From Chitinophagales bacterium (GTDB lineage Bacteria > Bacteroidota > Bacteroidia > Chitinophagales > LD1): a DNA stretch of 64,000 nucleotides. A program made the translations under genes and the position numbers. Shown here one piece after another: positions 10,194-17,905 of this stretch; positions within the stretch are counted from its first letter, which is position 1, and each line of letters begins with the position of its first letter. Where the stretch lies: contig JAXLUK010000001.1 in assembly GCA_046329555.1 (NCBI GenBank), positions 790,855 through 854,854 on the forward strand. The letters run 5' to 3'. The notes under the pieces are model-generated. The model had not been told where the DNA came from and did no database searches. It saw nothing but the letters and a program-made list of their open reading frames with translations.

Positions 10194-10513
10194 TGCGGGG
10201 AACCTATATTCATGTGCCGTGGTTAAAGCCCCATGCCATGGCGATTTTCCCTTTTGTACTCATCCGCCAAAAACATTTCAAACAGGATGCCGTTTTGGTG
10301 AATCATGAAAGCATTCACTTGCGCCAGCAAATCGAGCTATTGATTCTTCCATTCTACTTCTGGTACGCAGGGCATTACCTGATTAACCTGTGGCGCTTCA
10401 AAAATGCGCACCGCGCTTATCGCGAAATTATTTTTGAGCGGGAAGCGTTCGCCTGTGAAAATAATCTTGAATACCTCCAAAACCGTCGCAGGTGGGGGTT
10501 TCTGAAATATTAA
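10193..10513 (+). CDS. Small conserved protein with HExxH...E motif (possible minimal zinc metallopeptidase)
   Basis: 106 aa. The start overlaps the SPFH stop (TGATG). It has HESIH at residues 38-42, a downstream FEREAF, and a hydrophobic segment between them. Confidence 0.45.
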   Translation: MRGTYIHVPWLKPHAMAIFPFVLIRQKHFKQDAVLVNHESIHLRQQIELLILPFYFWYAGHYLINLWRFKNAHRAYREIIFEREAFACENNLEYLQNRRRWGFLKY

Positions 10514-10571
10514 CGGCGCGCTTGATGTTGCTATCGCAGCATTAATTGAAGTGAAGACCCATGCCAACGCT

Positions 10572-10994
10572 TCACTTCACCCTCCGAAATGTCCCCTGAT
10601 AAACATCTAGCTCATATAGGTCGTTTGACGCAATGGCTTCTTGCACCTGCCTAGCTATTTTCTGATAATCTTCCTTGTCTAAGTTAGCTACTCCTTCCGG
10701 ACCGGTTTTGGGATAAATGTAACCTAGATATATAGCGTTTAACTGCGGCAAACAAACTGAAATGCATCTATAACTTCCGCTCTTACCTTTGTTCATGGTT
10801 CGATTAGGGATGCGGTGCTTGTTCAAACTATAAATGCCCGGAGTTCGCTTTAACACATCAACCATCTGATGCAATTCATGAATATCTTTTTCGGAAAGAA
10901 ACTGGCAGATGTCCGCTAATACATCTGCATAAGCATTGTGGTGCTGCAACAATTCTATCCGCTGGAGGAATTGCGGCGTAGAATAAACATTCAT
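10572..10994 (-). CDS. RelE/HigB-like toxin-fold protein (GKSGGYR-type)
   Basis: The motif KHRIPNRTMNKGKSGSYRCISV...IYLGYIYPK resembles the ...R....GKSGGYR.I... core of RelE-superfamily toxins. It has a 4-nt ATGA overlap with the upstream ORF. Confidence 0.55.
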   Translation of the reverse strand: MNVYSTPQFLQRIELLQHHNAYADVLADICQFLSEKDIHELHQMVDVLKRTPGIYSLNKHRIPNRTMNKGKSGSYRCISVCLPQLNAIYLGYIYPKTGPEGVANLDKEDYQKIARQVQEAIASNDLYELDVYQGTFRRVK

Positions 10995-11431
10995 TTAGCC
11001 TTAACTGCACTAATCGTTGACCTAACAATTTCCTCCATCACCTCATCTTCGTCCAGAGCTATACTTACCGACCGATCATGCAGTAACTCATTGAGATAAT
11101 TAATCTCCTGCTTTAAAATGCGATAGGTTGTTTTAACCCCCGGAAACAAATCTGATTGCCGAACCAGGTTCATCGCCCTGGTTGATAGGGCAACCAACTT
11201 CTTAATGATTACCGGGGCAGTTTCAGATCGTTTAAAGCCCTCCATATCTCGCTCAATTTCAAATGTAAGTTGAAGCAAAACCCGATGAAGAGAAACAAGC
11301 ATCTTGTTTAAATCATTCATACGGTCTAAAAGATTGTCTACATCATCCTGCCATCGTGGCTTGCGTTTACACAATGCCTCCGACTGCTGGTAAGCGCTGG
11401 AAATCTTTAAATCTATAGTCGTACTTTCCAT
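10991..11431 (-). CDS. Hypothetical all-helical protein, translationally coupled partner of the RelE-like gene
   Basis: 146-aa ORF with no competing ORF. Its stop overlaps the downstream start. No recognisable HTH/RHH/AbrB motif was found. Confidence 0.5.
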   Translation of the reverse strand: MESTTIDLKISSAYQQSEALCKRKPRWQDDVDNLLDRMNDLNKMLVSLHRVLLQLTFEIERDMEGFKRSETAPVIIKKLVALSTRAMNLVRQSDLFPGVKTTYRILKQEINYLNELLHDRSVSIALDEDEVMEEIVRSTISAVKAK

Positions 11432-11538
11432 GGGTCTTATAGCTGTATGAAGATACGAATTCCAATTTTAATTGGTCATTCTAATCTCCTTAAAATTTCA
11501 CAAAACCTTGATGACTACTGGTTTTTAGAAAAGCCTTA

Positions 11539-11907
11539 CTACGCCGAAATCTCCTGAAAACGCTTCCGAAATTCTAATGGCTTGCGAATATCGGTAAACG
11601 ACTCACGCGTGCCGCCGGTGCCAATAATGGTAATGGTGCCATAATCTAAAATACGCCCCATTACCGGCTGATCTACATTCACACTCTCAATCTTATTCAA
11701 ATTCATCTCGAACGTCTTCCTGGAAACCAATCCTTGCTTAATCACCACGCGCTTATTCGTGATAGCAAATTCATCTGACCAGCGCATCAACATTGGTTGA
11801 ATAAACAACGTGAACAGCGCCTTCAGCGAAAAAAATATTTTCCAGTGATACGTTGTGGTGTATTCAATCCGTTCGTCCTTGATCAGATTACCTTCAATGT
11901 AACTCAT
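11539..11907 (-). CDS. Bacterial PH domain protein (bPH_2 / YdbS-like)
   Basis: A hydrophobic hairpin is followed by FAITNKRVVIKQGLVSRKTFEMNLNKIESVNVDQ..GRILDYGTI, the bPH_2 pattern. It lies 10 bp downstream of the reductase gene. Confidence 0.7.
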   Translation of the reverse strand: MSYIEGNLIKDERIEYTTTYHWKIFFSLKALFTLFIQPMLMRWSDEFAITNKRVVIKQGLVSRKTFEMNLNKIESVNVDQPVMGRILDYGTITIIGTGGTRESFTDIRKPLEFRKRFQEISA

Positions 11908-11917
11908 GAAATATGGT

Positions 11918-13006
11918 TTAAATATCGTAGTTCAGCACAATGCCGTTGCTCTTGGCATGGGCCTGACAAGTCAACACATAGCCCTTGGCAATCTCGCCAT
12001 CGGTCAGTGATTCCCGGTCGTCCATTTCTACCTTACCCGACACCAACTTGGCGCGGCAGGTGCAACAGGCCGCTACCATGCACGAATACGGCGGATCATA
12101 TCCGGCATCTAATGCGGCATGCAGAATAGTCTCCTTTTCATTCACTTCAAACTCTACTTCATTTCCGTCATAAATCAATTTCACCTTGGTGGTTCCGGTG
12201 AAAGGAGCTTCATCAGCCGCTGCCGCTCCAACCCCGGCCGATTGCTTATCTTCTTCTGCTTTCTCCGTAAAATATTCAATGTGCACCCAGGCCTTAGGAA
12301 TATCCAGCGTTTGCAGGGCTTGCTCTACCGCCTTCATCATAGGCGTTGGACCGCAAATGAAAAATTCTGCTGCACGGAAATTCAAATCGGTATTTTCTTT
12401 CAGTAACCGAATGGCCATTTCTGAAGTAATGAAACCCGTATAGCCATTCCAGCCTGCCTCCTGTTGATCCAGGATATGAACTACTTTTAACCGGTCGGCA
12501 TACCGCAACTGCCATTCTTCCAATTGCTTTTTGAAAATGATGCTGGCTGTATCGCGGTTGCCATAGAACAACGTCACCTTACTACCCGGTTCTTGCAACA
12601 ACACCGATTTCAGTATAGAAAACAATGGCGTAATACCGGAACCACCGCCGAAAAGCAAGTAATGCTTGGCATTGGTAGCCGCAATCGGCGTATGGAAATT
12701 ACCCATAGGCTCCATTACTTCTACCTCCACGCCCGGCTTCAGTTGATCGTTCACATAATTCGAGCCTTTACCACCGGCTACGCGCTTTACCGCAATAGCT
12801 GGCGCTTCACCGGCAAATGGCGAACTGCAAAATGAATAAGAACGGTTTACCATTTCTCCGTTTACCGGCAAGCGCAAGGTGAGATATTGACCCGGTACAT
12901 ACTGGAACGACGACTGCAACGCAGCCGGAATATCGAACGAAACAGCAACAGCATCGTTGGTTTCGCGCGTTACGTTCAACACGCGAAGCGTATGAAATTT
13001 GCTCAT
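11918..13006 (-). CDS. Ferredoxin-NAD(P) reductase-type flavoprotein with C-terminal 2Fe-2S domain (PaaE/FNR-like)
   Basis: RSYS FAD-binding motif, GGGSGITP NAD-binding motif, and C-terminal plant-type ferredoxin cysteines (C..ACCTC...C). Confidence 0.85.
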   Translation of the reverse strand: MSKFHTLRVLNVTRETNDAVAVSFDIPAALQSSFQYVPGQYLTLRLPVNGEMVNRSYSFCSSPFAGEAPAIAVKRVAGGKGSNYVNDQLKPGVEVEVMEPMGNFHTPIAATNAKHYLLFGGGSGITPLFSILKSVLLQEPGSKVTLFYGNRDTASIIFKKQLEEWQLRYADRLKVVHILDQQEAGWNGYTGFITSEMAIRLLKENTDLNFRAAEFFICGPTPMMKAVEQALQTLDIPKAWVHIEYFTEKAEEDKQSAGVGAAAADEAPFTGTTKVKLIYDGNEVEFEVNEKETILHAALDAGYDPPYSCMVAACCTCRAKLVSGKVEMDDRESLTDGEIAKGYVLTCQAHAKSNGIVLNYDI

Positions 13007-13021
13007 AGAATTTTTAAACGA

Positions 13022-13435
13022 CTAACAATAGTGATCAAACACTTTCTTCAGATGGTCGGCAATCATCTCCGCGCTGTTGCCTTCAATCTGATGGCGCTCA
13101 ATAAAATGCACCAGGGCGCCATCTTTAAACAACGCCATAGACGGCGATGAAGGCGGATAAGGCATGGTGTATTCACGCGCGCGCGAAACCGCCTCTTTAT
13201 CCACGCCCGCAAATACCGTTACCAGGTGGTTAGGCAACTTGGCGTTGCTGATAGCGGCTTTCAAACCCGGACGGGCCGCGCCGGCGGCGCAGCCGCAAAC
13301 AGAATTGAAGAATAAAAAAGTGGTGCCTGATTTGTTGGCCATGGCGGCATCAACATCGGCTGCGGTTTCTAATGCTTTAAAGCCCACCGAAGTAACATCG
13401 GCTTTCATTGGGGCAACCATTTCTGCAGGATACAT
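13022..13435 (-). CDS. BrxA/BrxB-family bacilliredoxin (DUF1094)
   Basis: FFNSVCGCAAG redox motif with a thioredoxin-fold length. Start chosen at MYPAEMV. It lies 15 bp upstream of the reductase gene. Confidence 0.8.
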   Translation of the reverse strand: MYPAEMVAPMKADVTSVGFKALETAADVDAAMANKSGTTFLFFNSVCGCAAGAARPGLKAAISNAKLPNHLVTVFAGVDKEAVSRAREYTMPYPPSSPSMALFKDGALVHFIERHQIEGNSAEMIADHLKKVFDHYC

Positions 13436-13599
13436 ATTTGAATTTTTGCGGGGCGAAGATAGCAAGAAACCGCGTTATTGTATTCTGCTGCCATAACGAT
13501 GCGTTCCGTAGCCGTGCGAAGCAAAATGACAGCCACTATACCAATCCAGATCGGTGAAATGATGATAACAAAAGTCTGAAAAGGAATTTACATTGGATA

Positions 13600-13950
13600 T
13601 TTATGGCCCTGCCGCCGCGCGGCCGCTACGCGGTGGCGCGGCGGCTTACCGCGCTATCCCTGGGTGCGGTGCTACGCACTGCCCCGGCTAAGGCCGGGGC
13701 ACCACTCCTATCGCTAGGGCTCGCCGCTTTTCGTAAACCAACGCGCTAAACAAAAACAACTTCAGGGCGCGGTGACCACATCGCGTGAGGGATGGCAGCG
13801 GTAGCCCGCAGCGAGGTGAGGTACGAGCCGAGCGAGGACTACAAGCGAACAGCCCGACCCCAAAGGCAGCAATGATGCCGCTAACTTTTACGCGCTGTAC
13901 CGCTGCCTTTGGGGGCACGCCATCATCATCATCACTGCTGCCATAAAACA
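13600..13950. repeat. GC-rich intergenic element with a 13-bp-stem hairpin
   Basis: It shares AGCGGTAGCCCGCAGCG..GAGG.ACGA.CCG.GCGAGGACTACAAGCGAA and GCCATCATCATCA flanks with 52510-52645 and, inverted, with 28105-28250. The hairpin is CCCCAAAGGCAGC (13858-13870) / GCTGCCTTTGGGG (13902-13914). Confidence 0.65.
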
Positions 13951-13980
13951 AAAAAGGCTGGAGTTACCTCCAACCTTTTG
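13948..13980 (-). terminator. Rho-independent terminator of the 14005-14844 gene
   Basis: The minus strand reads GGTTGGAG-gtaa-CTCCAGCC followed by TTTTTTGTTTT. Confidence 0.55.
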
Positions 13981-14004
13981 ATTAAAACCCGAACCCTTAA
14001 CATC

Positions 14005-14844
14005 TTAGCGGATAGAAGCGCTGCTTTCGCCGGCGATCTTAACCGTTGCTGTTGGCAAGTAAGTTGATCCGTTAACTTTTACTTTATAATGTACGAGTTC
14101 TGAGTCGATGTTTTTGTCTTGGTAAACCAGTGAAGAAGCGCTCATTTCAGCTACTACAGTGTAGTTTTTGCCGTCGAAGCTGCGCTCAACTACGATGCTT
14201 TTTACTGTTTCTTTGTTAGGATTTTCTACTGATAACAGTACGTTGTGGTTCAATACATCAGCATCTAACTTCATGGCGGTTTCAACACCTGTGTTTTGAT
14301 CGCCGCTGTGGTAGATCTTTACATCATTTCCGAATACCGCGCCGCTGGAAGCGATTACGTTAGCATTAGCGAAGTAAGCACCTTTTTTACCTTGAATGGT
14401 ACCACCAAAGTTCAACAGATTGGTACCGGCAACAGCGTTTGCATTGTTATCAATGTTACCACGGTTTTCGATATCGCCCATGGCTTCAATCATGCTGTTG
14501 TTATTGATTTTTCCTTCGTTGATCAGTTTTTTGAAAGTAACATTACCGTTGTTTACGATAGTGCCGGTAGCCGTTACGCGGATAGAGCGGTTGCTGATTA
14601 CGGTGAATCCTTTTTCGATAATCAAAGTTCCTTGAACGGCAACATCTGCGTTGATGGTGATGTGATTTTTCACAATCACTACATCATTAGCAGAAATTTC
14701 ATTACCCGGGGTTCCGTTATCCCAAGTGTTCGCATCACTCCATTTTCCTGAGTTGATAGCGGTATATGTTGTTGCTGAAACAGAAGACGCAAAGAAGAAA
14801 GCTGCTGCTGCGAGGGCGATTGTTATGGTAGTTAAATTTTTCAT
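14005..14844 (-). CDS. Secreted hypothetical protein (Asn/Gly-rich, beta-helix-like repeats)
   Basis: Signal peptide (ALAAAAFFFASSVSA), repetitive N/G/I-rich segments, and no recognised catalytic motif. Confidence 0.5.
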   Translation of the reverse strand: MKNLTTITIALAAAAFFFASSVSATTYTAINSGKWSDANTWDNGTPGNEISANDVVIVKNHITINADVAVQGTLIIEKGFTVISNRSIRVTATGTIVNNGNVTFKKLINEGKINNNSMIEAMGDIENRGNIDNNANAVAGTNLLNFGGTIQGKKGAYFANANVIASSGAVFGNDVKIYHSGDQNTGVETAMKLDADVLNHNVLLSVENPNKETVKSIVVERSFDGKNYTVVAEMSASSLVYQDKNIDSELVHYKVKVNGSTYLPTATVKIAGESSASIR

Positions 14845-15040
14845 GGCTGCTTGCTTTATGCCTTCTTTTACGGCAGCCCCGGATGATTGTTACAACAGAA
14901 TTCAATTTTTATTACAAACAACGGTTATCTATTGCCAAAAACCATATTATAACATTGATTATCTGCTGTTTATAGATTCATCTTTTTCTTTAAAAAAATG
15001 GCCTTTCCCGGTGAAACTCTGGAAAATTGCGGTTGTCGCT

Positions 15041-15072
15041 CAAAAAAAAAAGGCTGCCGAAGCAGCCTTTTA
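15041..15072 (-). terminator. Rho-independent terminator of the C1 peptidase gene
   Basis: GGCTGC-cgaa-GCAGCC stem. The minus strand follows it with a run of 10 T. Confidence 0.65.
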
Positions 15073-15094
15073 TATAGATCAAAACAGTTGATGC

Positions 15095-16708
15095 TTATTT
15101 CTTCAAACCCGCGTTGTGCAGTGCCTGCATGGCCTTAGCCTGGAAACGGCCGGTTTTGATTTCGTTCTTCAGGAACAACTTAATTTCTTCGGGCGCGTAG
15201 GCGTTACGGTTCTTTTCAGTAACCGCAGTTTTATGCAAACCGCCCTTCACCACATCGCGCGAAGGCAATACCGTGTTGCGGAACTGGAAGTTGCGAATAT
15301 CAACGCCATCTTCGCTACCTGTTTTTCCTACCACTAATCCGTTCTGGATGGTTACCGGATATTGTGAAGTAGTATAGAAGAGGTTATTGGCTTCGTCTTG
15401 TTCAGCAACCACGTCTAACGCATCTGCATACAGTAACAAATAGTAAGAACCATTTAATGTAGAAGGAATGGTGTATTGATTATAGGCAAATGGTGCCGAG
15501 GCAGCCGTAGCCAGCGATGAACCACCGGGAATATCGATATTAAAATCGCATTGCGTAGTGCCGCACTGGAATGCTCCGGATGGAATAGAACTATTAGCCT
15601 GATTGGCGAAAAGAATTTCGTAATCGTTGGCGTTGTAGGCGTTGTAAATGATGTAGTACAAATACCAACCTGATGAAGAAGCGGCATTTTGTCCACCAAT
15701 ATTAAACACATCCCAATTGATTTGGCGGCTGGTTCCGGTTAATGGGCTATCTACATAAGCCCATGGGGCCAGGTCGATATTACCGCTTTGTACCGGATCT
15801 GGGGAAGGCGGTGTATTTCCACCTTTCAGATTGGTGGCAACATAGCAGTTACCATCGGCAATAAATTCATTCACAGCAAAATTCTGGTCGATCCAGATGT
15901 ATCCGCGTGCACCCCAGTTCTGGCTCCATGAATTGATGATTTTAAAAGCGCCATTAGGGCCCTTTGAGTCGTCGTACCCGCCGATTACCAGTGCGTGGTA
16001 AGCATGCTGGCCTACGCGGTCGTAGGTAGTGTTACCCATCATCACATCATCGGTATTCCAGGTCATGAAGGCATCCGATAGTTTTGCACCAATCAGCACC
16101 GGTTGATTTTGCGACAGATAGCCCTTGATTTCTTGTTTATCTACGGCAATCTTCCGGTAATTCTTGATTTTATGGTTTGAGGCATCGCTGGTCCATGACG
16201 ATTGCAAATTAGCCTGGCTACAGCCGCCTTCGTTACCCACGTATGGTGCAGTTTGCAGGCTGGCAACACCGCGGTTCAGCATCACATCAAGGGCGTATTG
16301 CAAGTTAGTTCCATTACAATCACTAGCGCCTTTCTTGTTGTCGTCGATAGCCACAAACAAATCGCGAGGGCTCATTTGATTATTGGTTTGGGCTAATTGC
16401 GAGGTACTGAAACCCTCATCCATTCCATGAATAGCGGTTTTCAAGTTGTAGCCAGCAGCCCAAGCCACGCAGGTACCGTATTGGCCTTGGTCGCCGATAG
16501 GCGGAAATTTAGGCACTAAATCAACCGATGCAGGCAGGGTTGTATTGCCGAATTGTTTTGGGCTAATAGAGGTAGGAATTTTAGAGGGATCGTCAGTACC
16601 AAGCCAACCCAGCTTGTACAACGTGTTCACCACTTGTTCTACCTTGGTGCAGGAACCCAGCCCTGAAATAAGGCCAACAACCAGCACAGCGAATAGTAGT
16701 TTTTTCAT
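15095..16708 (-). CDS. Papain-like cysteine peptidase (family C1) lipoprotein with C-terminal extension
   Basis: Lipobox (GLGSC), catalytic-Cys region DQGQYGTCVAWAAGY, and His region HALVIGGYDD...NSWSQNWG. Confidence 0.8.
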   Translation of the reverse strand: MKKLLFAVLVVGLISGLGSCTKVEQVVNTLYKLGWLGTDDPSKIPTSISPKQFGNTTLPASVDLVPKFPPIGDQGQYGTCVAWAAGYNLKTAIHGMDEGFSTSQLAQTNNQMSPRDLFVAIDDNKKGASDCNGTNLQYALDVMLNRGVASLQTAPYVGNEGGCSQANLQSSWTSDASNHKIKNYRKIAVDKQEIKGYLSQNQPVLIGAKLSDAFMTWNTDDVMMGNTTYDRVGQHAYHALVIGGYDDSKGPNGAFKIINSWSQNWGARGYIWIDQNFAVNEFIADGNCYVATNLKGGNTPPSPDPVQSGNIDLAPWAYVDSPLTGTSRQINWDVFNIGGQNAASSSGWYLYYIIYNAYNANDYEILFANQANSSIPSGAFQCGTTQCDFNIDIPGGSSLATAASAPFAYNQYTIPSTLNGSYYLLLYADALDVVAEQDEANNLFYTTSQYPVTIQNGLVVGKTGSEDGVDIRNFQFRNTVLPSRDVVKGGLHKTAVTEKNRNAYAPEEIKLFLKNEIKTGRFQAKAMQALHNAGLKK

Positions 16709-16751
16709 AAATTTTAGTTTGTTGAAAAATGAGCACTAAAGATAGTAATTC

Positions 16752-17831
16752 TTATTTCACCGTTACCCGCGGGTCGAGGAAGGAATACAGAATATCCGTT
16801 AATACATTCATCACCACAAAAATGACCGCCACGAATAGCGACAGGCCCATGACCACCGGGAAGTCAAAGTTTTTAATCGCATTGATGGTTTGCGAGCCTA
16901 ATCCGTTGTAGTTGAACACTTCTTCAATAAAGTACGCGCCGGTAAACAGGGCGGCTAACCATCCCGAAATACTGGTCACTACCGGATTCAGCGCATTGCG
17001 CAGGGTATGCTTAAACACCACATAAAAATTGCTGAGGCCCTTGGCGCGGGCGGTGCGCACATAATCCATCGACATCACATCCAGCATAGAACTGCGCGTG
17101 AGCTGGGTAATGATGGCAATGGGCCTTATTCCCAGAGCCAGAACCGGTAACAACAAATTTTTCCACAGATACACTTCGTTGCCGTAATCATCAATCCACA
17201 CCAGCGGTCCCTGGTGATTCAAGCCAGTGACTGCAGATAAGTAGTAACCAAAAATCATGGCGATGATAAAGGCTGAAAAAAAAGCCGGCTGTGAAATGCC
17301 CAAATTAGACAGGAACAAAATGGCATTGTCCCAAAAGGAGTATTGTTTCAACGCGGCGAATACGCCTAATACAATGCCGATGACGCTGGCCAGCGCCATT
17401 GCGCACAGCGCCAAAATAGCTGTTGGAAACATCTTTTCACTAATCACCTCGGTTACTCTCCTTCTGGTTTGAAAGGAGCGACCAAAATTGGGTGTTTTCA
17501 GTACCAGGGAGCGCGGCCCTATTGAAAGCAGGCGAACATAGGAGACTTCATGCGGCGCCAGCCAGGTAGGATGACTATCATCACTTAAATGGTGCATGGA
17601 GAGCGGTGAAATATCATTGAAATAATAACCCAGCCGGATGTACCAAGGCAGATTGAGGCGGAATTCACGCTCAATGGCTTTTACCGAAGCCACATCAGCG
17701 CGCTGGCCCAGCGTCATTCGCGCCGAGTTTACCGGAAGCACATTAAACAGCACAAAAATGAATACCACCACTCCTACCACCACCAATAAGCCGTTAAACA
17801 GCCGGGAAGCCAGAAATTTGAGGTATTGCAT
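16752..17831 (-). CDS. ABC transporter permease (DppB/OppB-type, binding-protein-dependent family)
   Basis: 6 TM helices and an EAA-like loop (MDYVRTARAKGLS). Start chosen at MQYLKF. No partner permease, ATPase or SBP is adjacent. Confidence 0.8.
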   Translation of the reverse strand: MQYLKFLASRLFNGLLVVVGVVVFIFVLFNVLPVNSARMTLGQRADVASVKAIEREFRLNLPWYIRLGYYFNDISPLSMHHLSDDSHPTWLAPHEVSYVRLLSIGPRSLVLKTPNFGRSFQTRRRVTEVISEKMFPTAILALCAMALASVIGIVLGVFAALKQYSFWDNAILFLSNLGISQPAFFSAFIIAMIFGYYLSAVTGLNHQGPLVWIDDYGNEVYLWKNLLLPVLALGIRPIAIITQLTRSSMLDVMSMDYVRTARAKGLSNFYVVFKHTLRNALNPVVTSISGWLAALFTGAYFIEEVFNYNGLGSQTINAIKNFDFPVVMGLSLFVAVIFVVMNVLTDILYSFLDPRVTVK

Positions 17832-17905
17832 GTTTCGAAAGTATATAAAAAAGAAATGCTCCTTAAGGCTTTCGCACTTAAGGAGCATCTGGTCTACTAA
17901 GTTTA

